Assembly: GCF_038025025.1 (NCBI RefSeq)
Contig: NW_027117351.1
Coordinates: 248,001-312,000, forward strand
Direction: 5' to 3'
From: Phyllosticta citribraziliensis
Taxonomy: Eukaryota
DNA length: 64,000 nucleotides
Below are positions 1-10,255 of this stretch, in pieces. Numbering within the stretch: the first letter of the stretch is position 1; each line of letters opens with the position of its first letter. Below the pieces are notes generated by a model, which saw only the letters and a program-made list of their open reading frames with translations, was not told where the DNA came from and did no database searches. The translations under genes were made by a program, and so were the position numbers.

Positions 1-847
1 TCTCGCCAACCTCGAAACCTCGCGCGTCCACTCCCTGCCCGACATCGTCGACTTCAACACCAAGCATGCCGACGTAGAGCTGTCTTCCTCCTGTCCTGAC
101 CAAGCCGACCTCATCACCGCGTCGTCAGACACACCCGACGACTCTGCACAGGCGCGCGAAGCCCTCGACCGCCTGCGTCGCCTGGGTGGCAGTGAAGGCA
201 TCGACCTGGTGCTCGAGTGCCACAGGCTGGACGTGCTCGTTGCGCCGGCCGACAGCGCCTTGTGCGAGCTCGCGGCCGCAGCGGGTAAGTTCCACACCCT
301 CCTTACTCTATCTGACTCACCGAGCCTCGACACTGACGCAAATGCAGGCTACCCCATTGCGACAACGCCCCTCTCGATGCTACGTCCACAAGCCCGCCCC
401 TTCGGTCTGGCGGTGACGACGCGCGCGCACCACGAGCACCTCCTCCTGCACTTCGCCAGCGCCTGGGAAGCGCTCTGCCCGCCCGTCACGCCGCCGCCGC
501 TCGACGCCGTACCCCTACACGCCGCCGCCTCCTCCAACCCCACGTCCTCGCCCTCGCCGTCGCGCTCCCCCAGCAGCGCCGGCAGCAGCAGTGTCAACCC
601 CCCGTCCAGCTCCCACGGCCAGGCGCAGTCCGCCCCCGACGCCCCCATCATCCGTGTCATCCTCAAGGAGTGGGACACGCGCGACTTTGGCCACAGCAGC
701 GACGCGCTGGCCGCGTGGCTCAATGCCCGCTGGCGCAAGAGCGGGTACCGCGTCGATGAGGACGTCGTGTGGCGCATCCTCCAAGCCAGCGGGCGCGAGG
801 CGTGGCGCGGGCTCGGGGACCGCAGCCAGGGTGCCTTTGTGCGGTAG
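1..847 (+). CDS. 3' part of an amidase-signature family protein (5' end outside the window), with a Ser/Pro-rich linker and a C-terminal HTH-like extension; in-frame intron 285-347
   Basis: Translation GIDLVLECHRLDVLVAP...AAAAG|YPIATTPL...RPFGL...EHLLLHFASAWE matches the C-terminus of fungal amidases. Intron GTAAGT(285)...CTGAC...CAG(347) restores AGYP. Confidence 0.8.
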   Translation, partial: LANLETSRVHSLPDIVDFNTKHADVELSSSCPDQADLITASSDTPDDSAQAREALDRLRRLGGSEGIDLVLECHRLDVLVAPADSALCELAAAAGKFHTLLTLSDSPSLDTDANAGYPIATTPLSMLRPQARPFGLAVTTRAHHEHLLLHFASAWEALCPPVTPPPLDAVPLHAAASSNPTSSPSPSRSPSSAGSSSVNPPSSSHGQAQSAPDAPIIRVILKEWDTRDFGHSSDALAAWLNARWRKSGYRVDEDVVWRILQASGREAWRGLGDRSQGAFVR

Positions 848-974
848 GTCTGGGTCGCGGCGAAAAAAGGGAAGGGTCTCGTTTGTCGGGTTTGGTTCTG
901 ATCTTTGAATGGGTGGTGGGGCGGTTGGTGTTGCTGCTCTTGTTGTTTGCTGCTTGCGCGCTGTTGTCTCGTTC

Positions 975-1205
975 TCTGCGTCGGTCTTTGTCTGCTCTGC
1001 CGGCCTGCGTGCCTGCCTGCCTGCCTCTTTTTCTGTCTGTCGCTGCCGTCTGCCTGTTTGCTTTGGCTTTGTGTCTGATACCTACCTACCTACCTCTCTG
1101 CCTGGTACTGGCCTTTTATCCTTTTCAATCTTCGATCTTTCCGTCGTCTTATTTTTGCCGTAGTGCGGCGTTTCAATGGTGATGTGACTGACGACGCAGA
1201 CCTGA
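975..1205 (+). repeat. Degenerate direct repeat, copy A (partner at ~3235-3455)
   Basis: Collinear shared words GCTGCCGTCT, GTTTGCTTTG, ATACCTA, GCCTGGTACTG, CTTCGATCTTTC, CAATGG, ACTGACGACGCAGA. Confidence 0.8.
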
Positions 1206-1431
1206 GCTTGCGCGAATGCTGGTCTTAGCAATTAACTTCAAGACAAAAGAGACTAGCCAACTCAGGGTGAGTCGAGGCAGTCATGCGTCGTCAAGAGTAC
1301 GAAGCAACAAAGAGCGTCGAGGCGACAGCAGGGTGAAAAGGTCGACGGCGGTAGCAGGCTTGCCTGCCTGCCAAGCATCGCCTTTATATCCTGCAAAGTT
1401 TGTCCCCAAAGTAAGAACCGAAAGCTGAACG

Positions 1432-1584
1432 GGGTCCTATGGTCTAGTGGTGGCCACTGGGGTGTTAGGGGCGCTTCACACAGCTCCGAATTTGAGTAAG
1501 GTTACTCTGGCCCTAAGTGAACTTAGGGATGCGGAGGAAGACAATACAGTACGCGAGTTCGAATCACGGTTCAAGTTTTTTTTC
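1432..1584 (+). ncRNA. tRNA-like Pol III cassette E1
   Basis: GGGTCCTA + A box TGGTCTAGTGG (1440-1450); B box GAGTTCGAATC (1555-1565); oligo-T from 1576; internal hairpins GAGTAA/TTACTC and CCCTAAGT/ACTTAGGG. T-stem broken, so not a canonical tRNA. Confidence 0.6.
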
Positions 1585-1937
1585 TTTTTCGTCTTTGCTC
1601 CCTAGTTGTTATTCACTTTAGTACGCGCTCTTGACCGTCGATGCCGACGCCCAGCCCACATTGTTTTGTCTTCCACAGCGCCTGCACCCGCGCCGCTGAC
1701 CTTTTCCCTCACAGTCAGACTTGACCGTGCTGTCCTAGGCCCTCGACCTTCAACGCTCAACTTTGCAAACCCTCGTCTCCGTCCGAAAGGCTTTGCGTCG
1801 TGCACCCTGCTGGGCAACAGCACTGGGCCACTTTGCCTTCGTCTCTCCTGTTGGTCACCCTTTGCACGTTTGCGCCGCATTGCGCCCAACACTTTCCCCT
1901 CCCGATCGCAGCTTTTTGATACTTGGAGTCACAGATC

Positions 1938-2865
1938 ATGGCTCCGACCAACCGTGAAAAGGCCATTACTTGGCTAAATAGCATTGGCATCCAAGAGCTC
2001 GTCGACGACTCCATCATGCCGCGCGAATCTCTTGGCCCCAACGACAACCCGATGACTGGAGCAGAGCCCGGAGCCTCGCCCTTGCTCCCGGTCGAGCGCT
2101 TCACGGACTCCCTCTTGAATACCCTCTTCGTCTTGACCCATCTCAGGAGCGACCACGCGGCAATCAAGCAAGAGCTGCTTGAGGCGGTCCACTTCAGGCG
2201 CAATACCAAGGGCCAACCCAACAGGAGAGAGAATTGTCTCATCAACCTCGACGTCAATCGCCTTGTCAATCACGCGAATAACGAACGTAATCAGAAGCGC
2301 TTGCGCGGCGAGCTGCCTCCGCGTGTCAAGAAGAACCCGGGGAAAATGGAGCGTGCTTTGGCAAAGATGAGCCTGGACATGGGCGGCGATGGGCAAGGAG
2401 AAGATGTGTCGATGACGGAGCAGAAGGCTGTCATCGGCCAGCACAACGGTACTATCGGCGAGAAGCGCAAGCGCAGCGGCAGCGACAGCAACAGCAAGAG
2501 CGACTCTTCACCCGCGCGGCCCAGCAAGCTCATGCATATGGAGTGTTCCGATGAGCGTATGGACCTCGCTCTCTCCGGTGCTGAAGACAGGGACCAGCTT
2601 TGAGGGTGGATGCGTGCCTTTGAGATGCAGCGATGGCGAGAGCAACAGGTGGTTCGTTGTGATGAAGGAGCACAACAGTTCGGGGAATGTATGGGGCCGC
2701 TGCGTCTGGTCACGGAGGTGCGCAAGTCCTGGTCAGTGCCTACCTGCCCTCCACCCAGCCTACATTTCATATTGCTCTCGAATACGCGACAAGTGCTGAC
2801 AGAGTGCTCATAGTGAAGTCCTCCACGAGACGTCGTATGTCATTGTTCACCAAATACTTCCCTGA
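1938..2865 (+). pseudogene. Family member P1 (most divergent): ORF 1938-2603, in-frame TGA 2601-2603, frame continues to intron 2732-2813, last exon to ~2865
   Basis: N-domain IGIQELVDDSIMPR...EP..LLPVERF...IKQELLEAVHFRR...LDV. After the TGA the same frame reads GWMRAF...VRKS-TG|GTCAGT...GCTGAC...TAG|, the same phase-2 intron as in other members. Exon 2 reads CEVLHETSYVIVHQILP. Confidence 0.65.
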
Positions 2866-3234
2866 ACCCGACGTTGCAGTCGCCGTCCCTGCGGGCAATG
2901 CCTCTGCTGATTGAGCCTTCCATCGGTCACATCTTCCATAACCATTCGGGGATGTTCTGTCACACTTGGACCGCGGAATTGCAAGTTTCGGATCATTTCG
3001 ACCGCGCAAAACTCGCAAAGTTGCCTGAAGACATGGCTTCAAGACGATGATTGCCCACCAAACCCACCACTGTAAAGCAAACTGCACAATACTAGCGCAG
3101 GAGCCGCACACATGCGGGCGGTATTGAGACTCGGAAGGAATGATGGACACACGAGGGTAGTGGCAAGAAAGGGAAGGACACTCGCTGGACAGTACAGCAC
3201 ATGGAGAAATTTGACAGCAACAAAGGCTGCCCTT

Positions 3235-3455
3235 TACGTCTGTCTTTGTTTACCTGCTCCGTTGGCCAGCCTATTTTTCAGTTGATTGCTGCCGTCTAGC
3301 CGTTTGCTTTGTTTCCATGTCCAATACCTAAGTACCTGTATTTCCGCCTGGTACTGACCTTTCGTCTTCTCAAACCTTCGATCTTTCTCTTACGTTCTTC
3401 CACCGCATTGCAGTGTTCCAATGGGGACGTCACTGACGACGCAGATTCGGAGTTC
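3235..3455 (+). repeat. Degenerate direct repeat, copy B (partner at ~975-1205)
   Basis: Same collinear words as copy A. Confidence 0.8.
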
Positions 3456-3675
3456 ACTTGGGTACTGTGTGACTACACGGATTTGCTGCCTGTAGCTCCA
3501 TAGCTAAGCCATGCACTGAAGGCCTTTGGCCCTTGGACTGGGTCGCGTCCTTCGTAGCGAAGGGAACTGTCCACTCAACTTGCAAAAAGAGAAAGACAAT
3601 GACGACGGAGCGCCGTTAGAAAAACATTCAAGGAGTGGCCAGAGTATGGAGAGAGACAGAACGGAGGAGGACTGG

Positions 3676-3830
3676 AAAAAAAGTGAGCCAATTGTGAGAT
3701 TCGAACTCGTGTTGCTTTTCTTCCGGACCCAAGATCAGCCATCAGTCCCGGCAGCGCCAACTCCAAGCCGAAGCTTACAGGTTATCCCCGCCAGATGAGC
3801 CAGCCGTTCAACCACTAGACCAGATGACCC
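3676..3830 (-). ncRNA. tRNA-like Pol III cassette E2
   Basis: Minus strand: GGGTCATC + A box TGGTCTAGTGG (3822-3812); B box GAGTTCGAATC (3708-3698); 3' TGGCTC pairs with 5' GGGTCA; T7 terminator (3682-3676); internal AAGC-TTCG-GCTT tetraloop hairpin. Confidence 0.65.
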
Positions 3831-5825
3831 AATAAGCTATTGGTTCTTGGGATAGTGGCTAAGTTTGCAGAATATATGCACGTTTTTCACGCACTGGCAG
3901 GATCACACAGTTTTCGACCTTTGACGAGTCCAAACCATGACTGCGAGCACCTCGACGAGATCATCCGCACTTCTTCATCCCGATGAGCCACGTTGCACTC
4001 ACAATCTACTATTCCTGACTCTTATTTATCGGCAGCTATATCAAGATGGATGAATCTTTTGCATTACATGAATCACCGAGAGGCCTGAGTTGAGCCGGTT
4101 GCTGGCACTCATTTTGTTATCATTATTGACACGAGCCCATGAAAGGGTCTAGTCCAACATCTTCATGAATTTTGCCGGGCGGTAGGTGCTTCCAGTAGGT
4201 GCTGGCCCTACAACGCCAACAAGCACTCAGAGCGAAGTGCCGCCTTGGACGATTCGACACAATTTATGCTGACGTTGCTTCGCTTTGGGGCGCCTTGCTT
4301 GCAACTTAGATCCATCCGTCGGCGACCACCTGCTGAAGACATGTCCAGGCAAGCCCACGCGTCGAGGTCACGCCCCCGTCGTGTTTTTTGTTTTGGTTGG
4401 TCGCATGCACGCTCATCCATCCACGACACCTGCGCTGCTGGCCATTTTCCCTTCAGTCACCTGGACCGCTGCACACCATCCGACCCGCTACTTCTTCCAT
4501 TCTCTACTCCCGTCGCCCTGCTTTCTCTCCGAAGATCCTCGACCACGCCATCCCAAGCCTTCAAGCATTAGCGCTCAACTGTCCGCTCGCCGACTTTTGC
4601 CCTCTCAGCCAGACTCGACTGCGCCGCCAGAGCATCATCCTCCTCTCCTACTTCGCCGACCGCTTTCTCGCCGTCTTGCCAGCAAAGTATTGCAGGCTAC
4701 GAGCCAGCATTCCCGCTTATCCCTCACCATTGCCATCTTCTCGCTATCCGATGTCGCCACGGGTACAGAACCTCGCCAGGAAACGACAAAATACAATTCT
4801 GTCCGCCGCACGAACCGATTGCCATCGCTTGAGCCTGACGTCCCGTCCAACCAGCCCACAACAACGGAAACATCGAGTTTGAGGTGCGCCGCCAAAATTC
4901 TGCCCTGAAACCCGTTCGGCCAATGCAACAGGCTCGATGCTCCCAGAAAGAAGAGCGAGCAGGCGGATGCCAGCCCCGCCGTCCTGCCGTGAAGCCCCTG
5001 TGTTTCTTCCAATAGCTGCCATGCCACTGACGCTTTTCCGAGCGAGCCGCAACAGCGAGGCAGTGGCTTGGTGCTTGCGCAAGCTTCATGGCTTGTTTTC
5101 GATCGGTGATGCCTCGGGGAGGTTGCTTGACGGCGCGATTGTGTGTCGATGATATAATTTCTCTCCCCGCCCTCTTCCAGTCATCGCTGTTCAACCCAGA
5201 GCCCATTGACTTCAGTTTCGACCTCGCGACGGAGGCAAATGTTGGATGTTGGAAAAGCTCGAGGTGCTTGTAACGAGCAATTCCCAACAGCTTTACAGAG
5301 CAGCGCCTGGCACGCTGTTTTCACTGAAGTCCTTGGCCTCCTCAAGCCGCAATGCACTGGCCCAAAAGACAAGGACAAGTAGGGAAGAAGCAAAATGGCA
5401 GGGAAAGCAAAGGAACAATTACGTCAATCGAATCTGCATCATGACACTGGCAAAGAAGGGTTTCCCCCGAGCAACTTTTGATTCATGTTTCCAGCATCGG
5501 CTGGGAAACGAAACTGCCCAAGTGTTTGGAGATTTAAGACCTTTCTCGCTTCTCTTCAAACTTCGTGACTACTTAAAGCTCTTCGCCCATCTGCATCGTT
5601 TCTGTGTAAATGGGACGTCTTACGGTAATCCGGCTTCTTTTGGGTAGAGACGTCGATATTTAGACAGTAACCATCATGAACGCCGTACACACTATACCTT
5701 GCCTTTAAAACTATCACTGAGGAAAAGCACCGCCCCATGTAGCCTCTAGAGGGTACCAGTGAGGTAGAAGTGCTCAAGCCAGACTCCTCCAAGTCAAGCA
5801 TCACGGCAGTGTTATTTTCAAGCCA

Positions 5826-5935
5826 GTTGACGGGCGCTCTGCAAGAATCGAACTTGCGCCTGCGCGCCAAGTGTTAATTTTCTCGCACCGCAAATGCTCC
5901 GCAGGCGCAAACTGAGCCGAAATTCTGTGTCGGCG
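5826..5935 (-). ncRNA. tRNA-like element E3 (degenerate tRNA or relic)
   Basis: Minus strand: D-stem-like GCTC...GAGC with A-box-like CGGCTCAGTTTG; perfect T-arm GCAAG-TTCGATT-CTTGC (5857-5841). No good acceptor stem or oligo-T. Confidence 0.5.
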
Positions 5936-6179
5936 CCTGAGGCTTGCGGGCGGTACTTTGGAGTAAATAAAAGCGGACGCGCTGCTTCTGCCCACAACAT
6001 CACCACCCATCGTCCTAAACACACCCGACGCCTCTACTTTCAGATCACCCTCTGCCTTTCTCTCTTCGTTCAAACTAACGACGAAAATAAAGCAGTGAGT
6101 CACTCTGCCCTTCAATGATTTGATCCCTCTGACTTTGAGTCGCAGAACCAAATCCTCCAACCCTTTCCTACAACTCAAA

Positions 6180-7070
6180 ATGTCTTCCAACATGAACGCA
6201 TCTTCCAGCGTCAACGCGGCCTCCGACCTCACCATGGCGGGCTCCACCTCTTCGGCCCCAGCCATCCAGCCCACTCAAAGCGCCCTCGTCTCGTTCATGA
6301 AGCACGGCCCCCAGAGCCTCATGGACGACGAGATCAAGCCTCGAGAAGTCCCCGGCCGCCAGAGCACCAGCAGCCGCGCCGCCAAAGCTCGCATCGACGA
6401 GCCCGACACACGAATCCTCTCGCCAGCTCTGTACCCTCAAGAGTACACCACCAAGCTCAAGCAGCTGGCTACTCTTTGCGTCGAGCTCGACCAGGTTAAG
6501 CAGCTGCTGCGCGACCAAGTCAGGCGTCGCCAGACCGGAGGACGCTACAAGCCTCGGGTCAGGTTCGCGAGAGAGGTGCTGCCCATCGACCTCAATACGG
6601 TCGTGAGGGAGCTTAAGGAGGAGAGGAAGCTCGCTGCCGCTGTCGATGCTGCGGTCGACCAGGCCAACGGCGGCGCGGACTCCGCGATGGACGTCGACAC
6701 GCAGACTCCCAAGGAGGACGCTGTCGGCAAGGGCAAGAAGCGCGCTGCCTCGCCAATGGACTCCGCCATGGAAGTCGACACGCAGGCGCTTTCAAAGAAG
6801 GCCAGGAACCGCCGGAACCGCAAGGCTAAAAAGCTTGCCGCCCTCTCCACGGACACGGAGATGAAGGACGTCGTCGGGAAGCGAAAGCGGAGCGCCGACG
6901 CGGAGATGGAGGACCGCGACGACACCCAGGCGTCCAAAAAGCCAAAGGACGCCCTCGACCTGTCCGATCTCGTCCGCGACCTTCCTTCATTCTCTCCTGC
7001 AGCCCGACTTGTCCCGGAGATCACGGACAAGCCGCTGCTCGATTGGTACCGCGCTTTCCCTGGTGCTTGA
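6180..7070 (+). CDS. Family member P2
   Basis: HGPQSLMDDEIKPRE...ARIDEPDTRILSP..YP...LC.ELDQVKQLLRDQVRRRQ...RFAREVLPIDL; internally repeated basic segments (GKGKKRAASP, GKRKRSADA). A GT-AG intron (7115-7172) follows the stop. Confidence 0.85.
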   Translation: MSSNMNASSSVNAASDLTMAGSTSSAPAIQPTQSALVSFMKHGPQSLMDDEIKPREVPGRQSTSSRAAKARIDEPDTRILSPALYPQEYTTKLKQLATLCVELDQVKQLLRDQVRRRQTGGRYKPRVRFAREVLPIDLNTVVRELKEERKLAAAVDAAVDQANGGADSAMDVDTQTPKEDAVGKGKKRAASPMDSAMEVDTQALSKKARNRRNRKAKKLAALSTDTEMKDVVGKRKRSADAEMEDRDDTQASKKPKDALDLSDLVRDLPSFSPAARLVPEITDKPLLDWYRAFPGA

Positions 7071-8267
7071 TGGAGGACGGGGTGGACATGAGGACGGCTT
7101 ACTCTACCGTTACGGTAAGTGTCTTCCTAATCAAAGGGAGGATCTCGAAGCTAATCATCAGTGCTCTCCCAGGCTCCAGACCGCGTTGAAACGGAATCTT
7201 CTCGCTACTCCGAGCTACGACAGCCTTTTTGTACAAAATCACGACTCCACTTCACGCGGGACATTGTAACGGAAAAAAGGCTTTGAGGTTCAGCTTGGGA
7301 ATGGATGGGTAATACTAAAGTTGGCGTGGTCTTCAAGGGTTGGGTGGAATCAAGGGCCTCGTCGGTACAGTCAAACCAAGAGAGCACAGAAACGCAATGA
7401 ATGCTTCCAGAATCTTCACCTACCATGACTTTGTATGCCCCGTGATTCTTTCTAAGTCCCGCTTGCTCTCAAAACTCCTTCGCCTTGTGACTCCTACCAT
7501 CTAGAGTCCTCGCCTCCCGACGCTGTACATGCTCCATTGTCCACATCTGCAGATGCCTCTGGGCTCGAAAATGACATTGTTTTGACCTCATGACCAGCGG
7601 CAGCAGATGGGTCAACCAACTAGCACGCAGGCTGACTAAAAGCGAGCGAAGTGTCCATGCAGGCGGAGGTTGGCGCAACTCCGCAGCAGGCGAGCAGTGC
7701 CCGACAGAACGACAAAGGCATCACTGACTTCAAAACAGTGCCCTGGCTTTGTTTGTCATCAAGCTTCCAGGGATAACACTGGAAATGCGCAAAGTGTCAA
7801 GTGTGGGCCCTGACCAATACCTCTTTTGCTTGATTCAACAATCTGCTGTCATGTACCCCTGAGCGCCTTCAGTCTCAAACCGGTTTTCTTGAAAGGTTTC
7901 CCTCGGTCATTCAATAACGAGGGGTTCTTTTCATGCGCTATCTCGGAGTAGCTATGACTGCCGCTTTTCCGGCCTCTTGGATTGAGGACAATCCATTGAG
8001 TGTCTACAATGCGATATTGTAAAGGTTCTTCCGCCAAGTAATGCGTTGTCTCATCGTCGAAATTCTGCCCAGTTTTCATAGACAACTTTCCGCTCCTTGA
8101 AATTGTATGCTCGATTCAAATTTTGGCATTGCAGACAGCAGTTCTGCCATTGGTCAGGTTCAGTCTTTTCCAGCGAAGGGGAAAAGAATGAAAAGAATCT
8201 CTACGTCGTCCACGAAAACACAGCTCTCTGTCCGAGTCAGACTCACCGACACAGGACAAAGCCCGAC

Positions 8268-9362
8268 TTACCCCAACTGGTCTGAATGGGGTTGTAGCCT
8301 GAGCAGCTGAGGCTGGGAAGCCCCCCAGTGAGGTGTGCGTAGCTTCGGCCGATAGACTCTTGCGACAACCCACAGGTATGCCTCCGCTAGGTCATGCGGC
8401 AGGCCTACGACCGTTTCATTTCCAAGCGTTCGACTGCAGGGGTATCTGTTGTCAGCCATGCTCGGTAGCAAATAGTGGAGGGGGGGGATGACGCACTACA
8501 ACCGCGCAACTCTATTTGCCATCACCACGTACTCAGATGCGAGGCGAGTTTGCCAGTACTCCTCTCTCAACTTGTTGAACTCGCTCTCGGCAAGTTCTTC
8601 CTCCTCGAAAGTCTTGTCAACAGCTGGAATATCGCTTGTGGCGTGGTATAGCGTCCTTATGGTGTCGTAAGTTGCGAAGATCTCCTCGTCGCTCTTCTTG
8701 AGAATACTCTTGTCGAGTATACTGCTCCTGATATTCTTGAATTCTCCAAGATAAGCGAAGAGTTGCGTTTTGAGGCTTGCCACAGCTCGACCTTCGCGCG
8801 GGCTGTGATCACCAGACAGAGGAGTCAAGTTGGACACTGCGGCGATGCACTGCGTAGCAAACTCGACGCGGGCTCTGAACGCAGCATCCACCGGCGTGGC
8901 GAATCGAATCTCCTCGCAAGGCGGCTCGTCCCCATCTCCCTTGCAAACCAACGACGACGCGCTGCAAGACACAATCGCATTTTTTCCCTCGTTGTCCATC
9001 TGCAGTTGTTGAAGAACTTCAGTGACATCCACGTTTTGCACGCCGGCTAGGAACCTGATCCGCGGCTTCATGCTGTGGTGCGTTTGGCGGAAGCGCATTT
9101 GCCCGCGCAGCAGAGACTTGACTTGGCGCGCATCCTCGCAGATGGAAAGCACTCGCGCAACGTCCAGGATGAAGTTCGAGTTCCACTCGTGGACCTCCAA
9201 GAGCCGGGTTTCGGGGTCGTTGAGCCAGGGTCTCTTGTGTTCGGCGTATGCGTGGGTTTCGTGCGGGCGCATGTCGTTGTCCATGATGTTTTGGATGCCG
9301 ACATCGAGGATTTTGCCCAGTGCGCGGGCCTCTTTGTCGCGCTTTGGGCCGGGAGCGTTCAC
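8268..9362 (-). CDS. Family member P3 (start uncertain: GTG at 9362, nearest in-frame ATG is far upstream); intron 8434-8496
   Basis: VGIQNIMDNDMRP...LNDPETRLLEVHEW...ICEDARQVKSLLRGQMRFRQ...RIRFLAGVQNVDV. Phase-2 intron after ARL: TA|GTGCGT...GCTGAC...CTGCAG|. Exon 2 YRTLGNETVVGLPHDLAEAYLWVV matches the paralogs' hydrophobic pattern. Confidence 0.75.
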
Positions 9363-10255
9363 GGATCTTGCGTTTGTTGAGGGGCGTGGAGCTGTGATGT
9401 TGTATTTGCAAAGGCGCCCAAGAATCCCACTGTTTTGATTTATTGATTCTGCTACGCAGGCTACGTTGAAGCAGGTGGACAGCTTGACCAGCGAGCCGGC
9501 GGCGACTTCCAAATGCAAGAAATTGGAAATGCCAAGAGAAAGGAGCAGGAGGGCAGACTTGGACCTCTGATTAAATGCTCCCATGGTGAACACCACACCA
9601 ATAAACATCTCTTGTAGATACTTTCGGGGAAGGACACTCAATCCCACCAAAATCCCACATGCCCAGTCACAAGAAACCCAAGACTTAAAATTCCTACATT
9701 GCTGACAGCCACCTGCACAAATCAGCAAGCGGTCAACGTCAAAGCAGCACGCCATTGTCTCCCTCTGCCTGATTCAAGCACAAAGCAACCCCATGCTCGC
9801 AGATGAAAATGCGAGCAAACCTTGGATCAATCCACGGACGAAGTGAGTGCCCATCTCCTCACCGCATCTTGAACTGACTTTGTCCTTCCAGAAGCACCTC
9901 CTCCCCAATCCCCTGTTCTTCCTGTCGAAGCACCTGGAGCTTCATCATGCGCTATCCAGAGTGAGCACGATCGCTGTTTGTCAAGCCGCATGCAACGAGT
10001 CCAACAAGTCGAGTTCTCAAACGTGGTGTTCTCTCCCAAAACCCGATTATCCAAACCCACACCAAGTATGCTCATGAGCCGGCGGAATAAAAGCCTTTCG
10101 TGTCATTTGATCGCGAATTCGGAGTCTTTGCAGCCTGCGAAAATACAAGATGTTAGATCATTTTACCACGTGCAAGATTAGAAGGAGAACTTACTACAGG
10201 TGCAATACTACAGGCGGGGACACGTCAGCCAACTGTGAGGCGGCTCTGGGAATAT

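Noticed and set aside
660..685. EWDTR in the amidase tail resembling the family EPDTR motif
   Set aside because: No surrounding similarity; coincidental.
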